From IMG/VR virus record IMGVR_UViG_3300046787_000408, positions 124,001-188,000 of that record: 64,000 bases of DNA; one strand, written 5' to 3'. The notes beneath the pieces are model-generated. The model was given only the letters and a program-made list of their open reading frames with translations, made no database searches and was not told where the DNA came from. Numbering within the stretch: the stretch's first letter is position 1; each line of letters opens with the position of its first letter. A program made the translations under genes and the position numbers. Below, piece by piece: positions 1-10,149 of this stretch.

Positions 1-2
1 TG

Positions 3-131
3 TATACACAGCCCACAGTGATTTATCAGTATCCACAGCCCATGCCCGAGCGTCAGTGCTATGTGGTACGTGAAACTCGCAACTACAACGGTTCCTACAC
101 CAGAGAGATTCACTGTCATGGCCTACAGTGA
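3..131 (+). CDS. 3' end of a hypothetical protein running in from the left edge
   Basis: Open frame YTQPTVIYQYPQ...REIHCHGLQ* from position 3 to TGA at 129-131, overlapping the iscU start. Confidence 0.55.
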   Translation, partial: YTQPTVIYQYPQPMPERQCYVVRETRNYNGSYTREIHCHGLQ

Positions 132-513
132 CAAAGTAGTAGATCACTACGAAAACCCCCGCAACGTTGGTTCGTTTGACAAAAACGACTTGGACGTGGG
201 CACTGGCATGGTAGGTGCACCTGCATGCGGTGATGTAATGAAACTGCAAATTCGAGTTCAAGATGGAATTATTACAGATGCAAGATTCAAAACCTATGGT
301 TGCGGTAGTGCAATCGCAAGTTCCTCTCTTGTTACCGAGTGGGTTAAAGGCAAGACGTTGGACCAGGCCGCAGCTCTTAAAAATTCAGAGATTGCTGAAG
401 AACTTGCACTGCCCCCAGTCAAAATCCATTGTAGCATCCTTGCTGAAGACGCCATCAAAGCCGCAGTAGACGACTATCGTAAACGTCATGAAAATACAAC
501 ACAGTCACAGTGA
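118..513 (+). CDS. iscU: Fe-S cluster scaffold protein IscU
   Basis: MAYSDKVVDHYENPRNVG start, GAPACGDVM, FKTYGCGSAIAS and LPPVKIHCS motifs (three conserved Cys); ATG 118 preferred over 61. Confidence 0.97.
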   Translation: MAYSDKVVDHYENPRNVGSFDKNDLDVGTGMVGAPACGDVMKLQIRVQDGIITDARFKTYGCGSAIASSSLVTEWVKGKTLDQAAALKNSEIAEELALPPVKIHCSILAEDAIKAAVDDYRKRHENTTQSQ

Positions 514-1060
514 ACATCTAGCAGAATACGCAACTCATCTAAAGAATCTTACCGAGCAAGATAGATATACACGGTTTGGTTATGCCGCATCACCGGCTGC
601 CATTGACTCCATGATCTTGAACATGCTGTATAATCAGAGTCAACATCATTTGTTTACGTATCGCATTGACAATCGTGTTGTGGGCTTTGGGCATTTGGCA
701 CGTGAAGGAGCCGACTGGGAACTGGCAGTTAGTATAGATCATGAGTACCAAGGACGAGGTATTGCCAACGAACTAATGTCACACATGATTGCTTGGGGCA
801 AGGTACACGGAGTTCATTCAGTGTTCATGCATTGTATTACAGACAATCAAAAAATACAACATCTGGCTCGCAAGCATGGATTAAAAACCATGAGTCGTGC
901 CGGGCATGAAATAACTGCACAAGTAGAACTGCCAGATCCCACTGTGCTAGATTATACCGCAAACTTTGTAGCTGAACAACAAGAGCTAGCCCAGGGAATT
1001 GCAAAGCTACAACGCACCTGGCTCAGGAATTGGTTGAAGCCTAGTAATCATGCAGTATGA
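488..1060 (+). CDS. GNAT-family acetyltransferase
   Basis: DRYTRFG N-terminal motif; acetyl-CoA motif A WELAVSIDHEYQGRGIA; N..IQHLARKHG motif B. Confidence 0.85.
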   Translation: MKIQHSHSEHLAEYATHLKNLTEQDRYTRFGYAASPAAIDSMILNMLYNQSQHHLFTYRIDNRVVGFGHLAREGADWELAVSIDHEYQGRGIANELMSHMIAWGKVHGVHSVFMHCITDNQKIQHLARKHGLKTMSRAGHEITAQVELPDPTVLDYTANFVAEQQELAQGIAKLQRTWLRNWLKPSNHAV

Positions 1061-2051
1061 AATCAATCATCTGCATCTTGAACTAAGCTCACTATGCAAT
1101 GCACGATGTCCTTTTTGTCCCAGGACTGTGCAGGGATACCCTGTAAACCAGGGATTCGTTGAGACCAATCTAAGTCTTGCTGACTTTAAAAAAACATTTG
1201 TACCTCCTCGCCTTGGACGAGTGCATCAAACCGTGATCAACGGCAACTTTGGGGACTTTGTAATGAATCCCGAAAGTATAGATATTATCAAGTATCTACG
1301 CCGCAGCCGACACAACATGGATATTCGTATTCATACCAACGGCAGTGCAAGGGATCGTGAATTCTGGCACACTCTAGGTAACATTGGAGTCACAGTACTG
1401 TTTGGTATTGACGGTCTAGAGGACACACATGCCTTGTATCGTCAAGATACCAACTTTGATAATATCATACGAAATGCTGAAACTTTTATAAGTGCAGGCG
1501 GCAATGCTATTTGGAGTATCAATCAGTTTGATCACAACCAAGCACAACTTCCTGAAATTCATGCCCTGGCTGAAAAAATAGGATTCTCAGAAGTGCAGGT
1601 TCGCCCCACTGCACGTGACAACGGACCAGTGTACAATCGTCGTGGACAAAAAGTTGCTGGTATCAAGACTGATTGGAACTGGCCTGATCAGCTGGATAAA
1701 TCTTTTATTGAAATAAAAGTTGCTCAACAAGTTGCTGCACACAAAAAAACAGTCAATATTGCATGCTGGGCAATTCAAGAACGCAGTGTGTACATGGCTG
1801 CTGACGGGCATGTGTATCCTTGTTGTTGGACTGGCCACAATCCTGCTGAGTACAGATCTCCCAACACAGTTTCTGTCTGGAACAACGAGTTGGTTAAATA
1901 TGTTAGACATAACCATGCGCCCACAGTTGGTATAGAAGCAGCATTAGATTGGTTTGACGATCTGGCTGCATCGTGGAATACGCATGACCAACCAAGAGTA
2001 TGTCAACACAATTGCCAACATGATAACACTAACACCATCAGCAGCCCGTAA
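1050..2051 (+). CDS. Radical SAM enzyme with C-terminal SPASM/twitch domain
   Basis: CNARCPFC (CxxxCxxC); C-terminal CWAIQ...DGHVYPCC...CQHNC. Confidence 0.9.
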   Translation: MQYEINHLHLELSSLCNARCPFCPRTVQGYPVNQGFVETNLSLADFKKTFVPPRLGRVHQTVINGNFGDFVMNPESIDIIKYLRRSRHNMDIRIHTNGSARDREFWHTLGNIGVTVLFGIDGLEDTHALYRQDTNFDNIIRNAETFISAGGNAIWSINQFDHNQAQLPEIHALAEKIGFSEVQVRPTARDNGPVYNRRGQKVAGIKTDWNWPDQLDKSFIEIKVAQQVAAHKKTVNIACWAIQERSVYMAADGHVYPCCWTGHNPAEYRSPNTVSVWNNELVKYVRHNHAPTVGIEAALDWFDDLAASWNTHDQPRVCQHNCQHDNTNTISSP

Positions 2052-2340
2052 AATTTCACAAACACTACAAAAACGTGGCCACGGCCACGGCATACGCCTT
2101 GGCGTAAAAACTACAGGATGCTCGGGGCTGGCATATGTACTGGAATTTGTAGATACCCCTAATCCAGAAGATCAGTGCGTAGATTGCAATGGATGTCAAG
2201 TATTCATCGACCCCAAGAGTTGTGTGTACATGCAAGGCATGACTGTGGACTTTGTGCGTAATGGACTGAATGAGGGATTTGAATTCCGCAACCCCAACGA
2301 ACGAGATAGATGCGGATGTGGGGAAAGTTTTAGAGTATGA
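2020..2340 (+). CDS. iscA: Fe-S cluster A-type carrier IscA
   Basis: MITLTPSAA start, TGCSGLAY and CGCGESF motifs. Confidence 0.95.
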   Translation: MITLTPSAARKISQTLQKRGHGHGIRLGVKTTGCSGLAYVLEFVDTPNPEDQCVDCNGCQVFIDPKSCVYMQGMTVDFVRNGLNEGFEFRNPNERDRCGCGESFRV

Positions 2341-3710
2341 TTGAACAAGTACAAGACCAGATGTCCAAGCGCATGCAATGGGCACTAGATCATCCTACAA
2401 TTTGTCTGGCACCATACAACACTATAGATATGCGTCACAGCAGCTACAAAAAACAAGAAATATATCAAACTTGTTGTTGTAATCTTGACGGAGCATTGTT
2501 TGTACCAAGTGCTGGTGATGATGTATTTGCTGAAATCAAACAACAGCAGCTTGAAGGAGAATGGCCATCTGCTTGCTACCGATGCTGGAAAGAAGAGCAA
2601 AACGGTGGACAAAGTGAGAGACTACGTGCATTTGCAGAAATCCCGCAAGATAGATTTGAAAATTTTGTACTAGATCAAACCATTGCTGAATTTGAATTTC
2701 GTATAAAATTCAGCAACCTTTGCAGTCTTGCATGTCGCAGTTGCAGTGCATCTGAGAGCAGTACTTTTGCCAAGATAGTCAATGCCGACACAGACAAATT
2801 ATACGAGATAGATATCAGCGATAATGACGCTCATTGGCAGTTTGTTGTTACTCGTATTCCTGAGTTGATAAAAAAAGCAGAACACTTCTTTGTGCATTTT
2901 ATTGGCGGGGAAACACTGATGCAACCGGGCATGACTCGATTGCTACAATGGATGGTTAGAACAAAATTGGCACCCAGAGTCAATATTAGACTAACCACAG
3001 CAATGACAGTAAACCCCAGTGATGAACTCATGAGTTTGCTGACAAAATTCAACAGTGTAGACATAAATCTCAGTATAGACAGCGTGGGTGAAAACTATCA
3101 ATATGTTCGTTGGCCAGCAAGGTTCTCAAAGATTGAAACCAACCTTGACACATTGATTGGTTATGGGGCAAAGTTAACTGTAAAAAACGGACGAAAAATA
3201 CGTATACCCAAATGGAAATGTGCAGTGAGTCCAGTGTTCAGTTTGAACAACATTTTTTACATTGACAACTGGTTGGATTATTGGCACCAATGGTATCAAC
3301 AACACGGTATTGTGTTTCACAACTTTGTGGCCAATTTAACCATGCAAACCAATCATCTAGATGTACAAGCATTACCTGCACAATATAGACCACAGTTGGC
3401 AGAATCTTTAAGAAGTTGTTTGTCGCATCCTATATTTGTTGCATATCCAACTGAGCTAGGAGCAATCTACAGATTTTTAACAATCACAATTGCAGAGTTA
3501 GAAAACAATCAGCATGAGCCCGAACTGTGGGAAAAGTTTCTGCGTCATACTGCATATTTTGATCAAAAGACTAAACTCACCTTTGCAAAATTCAACGAAA
3601 GGTTGTATAATATATTAAGCACAGATGATCAAGAAAAATTCAAAACTATCTTGATCGATTCCAGCACATCGTCTAGCCTGAGTCAGGCCATGACATTTAG
3701 AAAAAATTAA
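2337..3710 (+). CDS. Radical SAM enzyme with N-terminal twitch/SPASM-like domain
   Basis: N-terminal ICLAPY...CCC...CYRCWKEE; SNLCSLACRSC; FIGGE motif. Confidence 0.88.
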   Translation: MIEQVQDQMSKRMQWALDHPTICLAPYNTIDMRHSSYKKQEIYQTCCCNLDGALFVPSAGDDVFAEIKQQQLEGEWPSACYRCWKEEQNGGQSERLRAFAEIPQDRFENFVLDQTIAEFEFRIKFSNLCSLACRSCSASESSTFAKIVNADTDKLYEIDISDNDAHWQFVVTRIPELIKKAEHFFVHFIGGETLMQPGMTRLLQWMVRTKLAPRVNIRLTTAMTVNPSDELMSLLTKFNSVDINLSIDSVGENYQYVRWPARFSKIETNLDTLIGYGAKLTVKNGRKIRIPKWKCAVSPVFSLNNIFYIDNWLDYWHQWYQQHGIVFHNFVANLTMQTNHLDVQALPAQYRPQLAESLRSCLSHPIFVAYPTELGAIYRFLTITIAELENNQHEPELWEKFLRHTAYFDQKTKLTFAKFNERLYNILSTDDQEKFKTILIDSSTSSSLSQAMTFRKN

Positions 3711-4426
3711 TGTATAATCCCAAGTTTGAATACCATCCCATTCCTCGCGTAGAAGTAAATGGCAAGAGATTTTATGCCACACCTGACGGCAACAAGTTAC
3801 CCAGTGTAACAACTATCCTTGACAAGACCAAGCCTGCTGAAAGTCGTATTGCTCTAGCAAATTGGCGCAAGGCAGTTGGCGAGCAAAAAGCACAGCAGAT
3901 CACAACAGAAGCTGCCAATCGAGGCACACGCATGCACACCTATCTTGAAGACTATGTCAAGAACGGTGAGATTAAAGAACGTACCACAAACCCTTATTCA
4001 TGGGCCAGTCATGCCATGGCGCACGAAGTGGTTACCAAAGGTCTGTGCAATGTTACTGAGTTTTGGGGAATTGAGGTACCACTTTACTTCCCTGCAGTAT
4101 ATGCTGGCACAACTGATGGTGCAGGCATGCACTTGAATCAAGAAGCTATTCTGGACTACAAGCAAAGCAACAAGCCCAAAAAACGAGAATATATTGACGA
4201 CTATTTCTTGCAACTGTGTGCCTATGCCGAAGCGCACAATGAACTGTACGGGACCAAAATCCGCAAGGGTGTGATTCTAATGTGTGTGAAACCAGACATG
4301 GACGAGCAGTTCAACATTACAAAACCGCCACAATATCAAGAATTTGTGTTGGAAGGTGCAGAGTTTGATCGATATCGCAGCCTTTGGTGGCATCGAGTTG
4401 AGCAGTACTACATGCTAAATATGTAA
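3710..4426 (+). CDS. PD-(D/E)XK RecB/Cas4-like phage exonuclease
   Basis: SVTTIL, GTRMH, E(x)n-GTTD, ILDYKQS and QLCAYA motifs. Confidence 0.85.
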   Translation: MYNPKFEYHPIPRVEVNGKRFYATPDGNKLPSVTTILDKTKPAESRIALANWRKAVGEQKAQQITTEAANRGTRMHTYLEDYVKNGEIKERTTNPYSWASHAMAHEVVTKGLCNVTEFWGIEVPLYFPAVYAGTTDGAGMHLNQEAILDYKQSNKPKKREYIDDYFLQLCAYAEAHNELYGTKIRKGVILMCVKPDMDEQFNITKPPQYQEFVLEGAEFDRYRSLWWHRVEQYYMLNM

Positions 4427-4444
4427 TCAATTGAGGATTACACT

Positions 4445-6223
4445 GTGGCCATTTTACAAATATCTAGAATTACCCAACGCAAGGGACTTGAGCAAGATCT
4501 TCCGCAACCGCTAGCAGGCGCTGAATTTGGCTGGGCAGTTGACCAGCGCAGACTGTATATTGGTAACGGGGAACTGGTAGATGGCGCCCCAGTAGTGGGC
4601 AACACTGAAATTCTTACAGAATTTAGTGATCTGCTAGCATATTCTACAGCTTACACATATGAAGGCAACGCTGGTGGCTATGTTGTGCAAACAGGTGCAA
4701 CGTCCGGCAGTCCTATTAGTCAAAGTCTACAGAGTCGATTGGACAGCTATGCTGTGGTTACTGATTTTGGTGCTGTGGGCGATGGTATTACTGATGATAC
4801 CGCAGCAGTTAATCGTGCGTTATTTCAAATCTATTGCCGAGAAGTAAACCCACAAATACGCCGCAGCTTGTTCTTCCCAGCTGGCGTATATCTAATTACT
4901 GGCACACTGTTGATTCCTCCATATGCATTGTTGTATGGTGAAGGTAGTGATTCTAGTATAATTCGTTTTCAAGTTGACACTTTCAGTGGCTCAGGTACCG
5001 TGGGAAATATTGCATATCAAGCAGGTGTGTTGGTCAAATACAGTGGCGACTACTATCGCTCTCTAGGTGAAGTACCAGTAGGTGTAAGTATCGACAATAC
5101 TATATACTGGCAACCAGAAACCTTGCCAGAGTATGTGATCCGTACATCTGACAGTCTACAACAAGTGGGCGGAAGTATTGGTACCAACGGAGGTATTTCT
5201 CCTCGCAACGTTGAAATCACCAACATGAGTGTGCAAACATTAAACGTAGGCGATATGTCTGCGATACCGCCAGCACCGCACAGTATCAGCTTGACAGAAA
5301 ATGCTGAACAAATCACCTATCAGAATGTTAATTTTGTTGGGCCGCTTACTACTGACGATATTTCAGTTAGTACTGATGAACTTAGTTGTGTGCGATTTGC
5401 CAGCACAGGGTCAAGTCCTTGCACCCAGATCAAGTTTGACAACTGTAAGTTTTCCAACGCGGTTTATGCATTTGCTACTGATCAAGTGGTCAAAGGCGTT
5501 ACAGTCAGCAACAGTTACTTTGACACACTGCATCAAGGTGCAGTGCTTGAAACCAATCCTACTGGCGTGCGTTTGGTACAAAACACGTTTGATCAAATCT
5601 ATGCACAAGGTATTGTGTTTGATGGCACATCATTGAACGCTTCTGCGTATAATACTTTCTATAACGTTGGTAATTCGATCTTGGCGTCAGCTGGGTTCTC
5701 TATCATTGATATTGACGGCGATAACAACGTCAGCATTGGTGACATGTTTGAACGCACCACTGCACAATCTGCAACATATCCTAGAATCAATCTAACTAGA
5801 TCCAACAGTATTGCGTTGGGCATGAACATTCGTGGTATTGCATTTACCATTGATGGTGTTAGTAATACCACAGTAGCTAACCAGATGAACCTAGGCAATT
5901 ATCAGCGCACTGCTGGTATTGACTCTGTGTTGGCTGACAACAATGCCGGTACACTGTTTGTGGTTTCTACCAGCACTATCAAGGCATTCCGTGTAGACTA
6001 CACTATTGCTCGAGGTGTTACTTTTAGAACTGGTAGCATGTTGGTAGTAAATGGCACCACTAGCGGTTTCACTTATACTGACGACTATTCAGAAAATGCA
6101 ACAACTGGTGTTACCCTCACAGCCACTGAAGCCAGTCCTGGCGGTAATATCACTGTGGCGTATGCTACAACTTCAACCGGTGCAGCCGGAACTATCACTT
6201 ACTCAATTACACACTTAGCATAA
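4445..6223 (+). CDS. Tail fibre/virion protein: Mtd-N-like N-terminus plus pectate-lyase-like beta-helix
   Basis: ISRITQRKG..DLPQPLAGAEFGWAVDQRRLYIGNG; DFGAVGDGITDDTAA; LFFPAGVYLIT; GTG start; TAAATA upstream. Confidence 0.75.
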   Translation: MAILQISRITQRKGLEQDLPQPLAGAEFGWAVDQRRLYIGNGELVDGAPVVGNTEILTEFSDLLAYSTAYTYEGNAGGYVVQTGATSGSPISQSLQSRLDSYAVVTDFGAVGDGITDDTAAVNRALFQIYCREVNPQIRRSLFFPAGVYLITGTLLIPPYALLYGEGSDSSIIRFQVDTFSGSGTVGNIAYQAGVLVKYSGDYYRSLGEVPVGVSIDNTIYWQPETLPEYVIRTSDSLQQVGGSIGTNGGISPRNVEITNMSVQTLNVGDMSAIPPAPHSISLTENAEQITYQNVNFVGPLTTDDISVSTDELSCVRFASTGSSPCTQIKFDNCKFSNAVYAFATDQVVKGVTVSNSYFDTLHQGAVLETNPTGVRLVQNTFDQIYAQGIVFDGTSLNASAYNTFYNVGNSILASAGFSIIDIDGDNNVSIGDMFERTTAQSATYPRINLTRSNSIALGMNIRGIAFTIDGVSNTTVANQMNLGNYQRTAGIDSVLADNNAGTLFVVSTSTIKAFRVDYTIARGVTFRTGSMLVVNGTTSGFTYTDDYSENATTGVTLTATEASPGGNITVAYATTSTGAAGTITYSITHLA

Positions 6224-6648
6224 TGTGGGCCAAAACTTTTGCTGAACGACTGGCTAGCTGGTCGAATCTTCGTCGCCAGTGCGAAACACTGGATACAGAA
6301 TCTGCCCTTGGGGCCATTAATTCCTGGTGGTTTGAAACGCCATGGACTCCATATCACTTGCACTGGGACGATCGGGCAAATTGGCCCGATCCATGGCAAT
6401 TACTTGATGACAACTTGTACTGTAGCCTTGCTCGGGGCATGGGAATCATGTATACTATAGCTATGTTGGACCGTGAAGATCTGCAGGATGCGGTGCTTGT
6501 AGAGGTGGATGGTGACAATTTAGTCCTGGTCAGTCAAGAAAAATATATATTGAATTGGGACCGAGACACTGTCGTAAATATCAACCTGAGTCCCAAGAAA
6601 ACTCGGCACAGTATTACCCAGTCTCAAATAAAACTACAAATTAAGTAA
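6223..6648 (+). CDS. Hypothetical phage protein
   Basis: TAATG-coupled to the upstream gene, 141 aa. Confidence 0.7.
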   Translation: MWAKTFAERLASWSNLRRQCETLDTESALGAINSWWFETPWTPYHLHWDDRANWPDPWQLLDDNLYCSLARGMGIMYTIAMLDREDLQDAVLVEVDGDNLVLVSQEKYILNWDRDTVVNINLSPKKTRHSITQSQIKLQIK

Positions 6649-6655
6649 GAACAGA

Positions 6656-8977
6656 ATGAAAATTATCACCGTTGTTAAACGCAGTGGCCAGCGTGAACCC
6701 TTGGCCTTGGAAAAATGGCAAACGCAAATTGCCAAAATATGCTCTGGCATTGCTGACGTAAGTCAAAGCATGGTAGAGATCAAAGCACAGTTACATTTTT
6801 ATGATGGTATTACCACCAAAGAAATTGACGAAATTACCTTACGTGCTATTGTGGACTTGATTGACGTTGAGTCTAACCCAGATGTAGGGCATACCAATTA
6901 CCAGTATGTGGCCGGAAAACAACGTCTCAGCATGTTGCGCAAAGACGTTTACGGCAGCTACGAGCCTCCCCACTTATATGAGATCGTGAAGCGCAACGTG
7001 GCCACAGGCCTGTACACTCCTGAACTCCTGGAATGGTACGATGAAGCTGATTGGAACCGCATGAACGACATGATAGATCATGCCAAGGACGAACAATACA
7101 GCTATGCGGCTATTGAACAATTGATTGAAAAGTACTTGGTCAAGAACCGCAGTACAAAGGAAACATATGAGACTCCGCAAGTTCGTTACATGGTTGCAGC
7201 CGCAACTGTCTTTCACAAAGAAGAACCAAACAGCGCAAGAATGCGCTACATCAAAGAATACTATAATGCTGCCAGTGATGGTCTTTTCACTCTTGCTACT
7301 CCTGTGCTGGCTGGGCTTGGCACTCCAACTAAACAGTTTAGTAGTTGTGTGCTTATCCGTAGCGATGACGACCTTGACTCTATTTTTGCTAGTGGCGAGA
7401 TGATGGCCAAGTATGCTAGCAAACGTGCTGGCATTGGCTTAGAGATCGGACGCTTGCGTTCACTAGGTGCACCTATCCGTGGTGGCGAAATCCAACACAC
7501 AGGTATGATCCCATTCTTGAAGAAGTGGTTTGGCGACCTGCGTTCATGTTCACAAGGAGGCATTCGCAATGCTAGTGCAACTGTTTTCTATCCCATATGG
7601 CATCTTCAATTCGATGACCTCATTGTGCTCAAGAACAATCAAGGAACCGAAGAGACCCGTGTCCGACACATGGACTATGGCGTGGTGCTTAGTGCTTTTT
7701 TCTGGCGTAGATTTAAACACAAACAAGATATCACGTTCTTTGACCCTAACGAAGTGCCGGATCTATACGAGGCCTTCTACCGAGATACTGCTCGCTTTGA
7801 AGAACTTTATGTTCAATACGAATCGCGTAAGGATTTGAGAAAGAAAGTCATGAGCGCTGAAGAAGTGTTCAAAGGCGGCATTCTCAAAGAGCGTACTGAT
7901 ACCGGACGCATCTATCTTGTGTTTATTGACAACGTCATGAACCAAGGCCCGTTTGATCCTGAGTACCACACCATTTATCAAAGTAACCTTTGCTGTGAAA
8001 TTCTACTCCCTACTAAGTCTTTTAAACGTCTTGATGATCCTGATGGTCGCATTGCTCTATGCACGTTGGGTAGTATTAACTGGGGAGCTTTCCGCAATCC
8101 AGAAGATATGCGTAGGGCTTGCCGTATTCTTCACAGGAGTCTTAACAATATCCTCGATTATCAAGACTTTTTGAGTATTCAATCCAAGTTGAGTAATGAT
8201 GAGATTCGCCCACTGGGTATTGGTCTTACCAACTTGGCATACTGGCATGCCAAGCGTGGACTACAATACGGTGAAAAGGATGCACTAGCTGAAGTCAAGT
8301 CTTGGATGGAGCACCAGGCCTACTATCTCACTGAAATGAGTGTGGAGCTGGCCAAGGAGCGTGGTCGTTGCGAAGGTAGTGACAAAACACGATACGGACA
8401 AGGTGTGTTCCCGTGGGAATTACGAGCCAACGGCGTTAACGAATTGACCAATTTTACACCTGAACTGAACTGGGAAGGGCTACGTGCTGAAATGCGAGCT
8501 TACGGTGTTCGAAATGCTACCAGCATGGCAATTGCTCCTGTAGAAAGTTCAAGTGTGGTAATCAACTCAACCAACGGTATTGAAATGCCCATGAGCTTGA
8601 TCAGTGTCAAAGAATCAAAAGCTGGTAGCCTTACACAAGTTGTGCCCGAGTACCACAAACTCAAGAACAAGTATCAACTGATGTGGGCACAAAAAGACTG
8701 CGACGGCTATTTGAAAACTGCCGCAGTGTTAGCAGCTTATGTGGACCAGTCAATCTCAACAAACACATTCTACAATCCTGCACACTTTGAAGGCCGCAAA
8801 GTTCCTACTACACTGATTGCCAAGAACTTGATGCAAGCACACATGTGGGGTTTGAAAACATTCTACTACAGCTTGATCAACAAGCAAGGGTCAAAGCAAG
8901 TAGACGAAGCAGCACCAGCAGCACTAGAAGTCATTGATTTTGATGATGAGGAATCATGCGAAAGCTGCAAACTATGA
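6656..8977 (+). CDS. nrdA: Ribonucleotide reductase class Ia alpha subunit
   Basis: N-terminal ATP cone, QFSSCVL, SNLCCEI, LCTLG, KTFYY, C-terminal CESCKL. Confidence 0.97.
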   Translation: MKIITVVKRSGQREPLALEKWQTQIAKICSGIADVSQSMVEIKAQLHFYDGITTKEIDEITLRAIVDLIDVESNPDVGHTNYQYVAGKQRLSMLRKDVYGSYEPPHLYEIVKRNVATGLYTPELLEWYDEADWNRMNDMIDHAKDEQYSYAAIEQLIEKYLVKNRSTKETYETPQVRYMVAAATVFHKEEPNSARMRYIKEYYNAASDGLFTLATPVLAGLGTPTKQFSSCVLIRSDDDLDSIFASGEMMAKYASKRAGIGLEIGRLRSLGAPIRGGEIQHTGMIPFLKKWFGDLRSCSQGGIRNASATVFYPIWHLQFDDLIVLKNNQGTEETRVRHMDYGVVLSAFFWRRFKHKQDITFFDPNEVPDLYEAFYRDTARFEELYVQYESRKDLRKKVMSAEEVFKGGILKERTDTGRIYLVFIDNVMNQGPFDPEYHTIYQSNLCCEILLPTKSFKRLDDPDGRIALCTLGSINWGAFRNPEDMRRACRILHRSLNNILDYQDFLSIQSKLSNDEIRPLGIGLTNLAYWHAKRGLQYGEKDALAEVKSWMEHQAYYLTEMSVELAKERGRCEGSDKTRYGQGVFPWELRANGVNELTNFTPELNWEGLRAEMRAYGVRNATSMAIAPVESSSVVINSTNGIEMPMSLISVKESKAGSLTQVVPEYHKLKNKYQLMWAQKDCDGYLKTAAVLAAYVDQSISTNTFYNPAHFEGRKVPTTLIAKNLMQAHMWGLKTFYYSLINKQGSKQVDEAAPAALEVIDFDDEESCESCKL

Positions 8978-10149
8978 AAACAGTAGCAGTAATTGGTGCT
9001 GGCATCACTGGCATCACCACAGCATATTATCTTGCTCGAGAAGGTTATAGTGTTGCTGTGTTTGAGCAAGAGCCGCATCCTGCAATGCGTACCAGTTTTG
9101 CCAATGGTGGTCAGGTATCTGTTAGCAACTCAGAAGTATGGAACACATGGAGCAATGTCAAGAAAGGCATCAAATGGATGTTCCGGAAGGATGCTCCACT
9201 CTTGATCCGTCCCAGGCTGGATTGGGCACAGTGGAAGTGGATGGCCAAGTTCTTGTACAACACTGCTCGAGGTGCTTACGAAAAAAACACAGCCAAAACT
9301 ATTCGCATGGGGCTTGCTGCCCGAGCCTTGTACGAAGAAATTCAGCAAGAAGAAAACATCAAGTTTGATGCCAGCAAGTGCGGTATCCTGCACTACTACA
9401 AAGATGAACAATACTTTGAAGCTGCCAAACAAGCCAAGAAGATTTACAACGACAACGGCCTAGACTGGAACATCCTGTCTACTACTCAGGCCTACAGCAT
9501 GGATCCTGCCCTGAGCGATGTACCTGTCATGATAGGTGGAGCATGGACCAAGACTGACTGGACTGGCGATATACACAAGTTCTGCTATGAACTTGCAGAA
9601 GTGTTAAAGACCAAATACAATGTGCAGTTTCGTTACAACTGGCAAATCAAACACATTGAAGAAATGTCCTGGTATGACGCAGTGGTTGTTGCCAATGGTG
9701 TTGGCAGTACTGCATTGGCCAAGACTGCAGGCGACTCAATTGATGTGTATCCTGTCAAGGGCTATTCAATCACTATCAACAACGTTGACCCCAAGCTCTT
9801 GCCCCGTGTAAGCTTGTTGGATGATCAGGCCAAGATCGTTACAAGTACATTGGGCAACAGATTCCGTGTTGCAGGTACTGCTGAATTGGCAGGCGAAAAC
9901 TACGACATCCGCAGAGATCGAATCAAGCCTTTGCTGGATTGGGTACATACCAATTTTCCCAAGATCAACACACATGACTACTCCAGTTGGGCATGCTTGA
10001 GACCAATGACTCCTGACATGATGCCTATTGTCAAACAGAGCGACAAAAACGCCAAGGTGTTTTACAATACAGGACACGGTCATTTGGGTTGGACACTGGC
10101 TCCAGCAACTGCTCAAGAAATAACCAACCTAATAAAAAGCAAAATATGA
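8974..10149 (+). CDS. dadA: FAD-dependent D-amino acid dehydrogenase (DadA family)
   Basis: GAGITG Rossmann motif, TSFANGGQ, PVKGYS, LRPMTPD, GHGHLGWT; ATGA-coupled to nrdA. Confidence 0.88.
   Translation: MKTVAVIGAGITGITTAYYLAREGYSVAVFEQEPHPAMRTSFANGGQVSVSNSEVWNTWSNVKKGIKWMFRKDAPLLIRPRLDWAQWKWMAKFLYNTARGAYEKNTAKTIRMGLAARALYEEIQQEENIKFDASKCGILHYYKDEQYFEAAKQAKKIYNDNGLDWNILSTTQAYSMDPALSDVPVMIGGAWTKTDWTGDIHKFCYELAEVLKTKYNVQFRYNWQIKHIEEMSWYDAVVVANGVGSTALAKTAGDSIDVYPVKGYSITINNVDPKLLPRVSLLDDQAKIVTSTLGNRFRVAGTAELAGENYDIRRDRIKPLLDWVHTNFPKINTHDYSSWACLRPMTPDMMPIVKQSDKNAKVFYNTGHGHLGWTLAPATAQEITNLIKSKI

Noticed and set aside
3710-4426. Exonuclease as CRISPR Cas4
   Set aside because: It lacks the four-Cys Fe-S pattern and has no cas1/cas2 or array nearby; it fits a stand-alone phage PD-(D/E)XK exonuclease.
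4445-6223. Diversity-generating retroelement target (because of the Mtd-like N-terminus)
   Set aside because: No reverse transcriptase and no template/variable repeat pair differing at adenines was seen in this window; the Mtd-N motif is only an anchoring domain.
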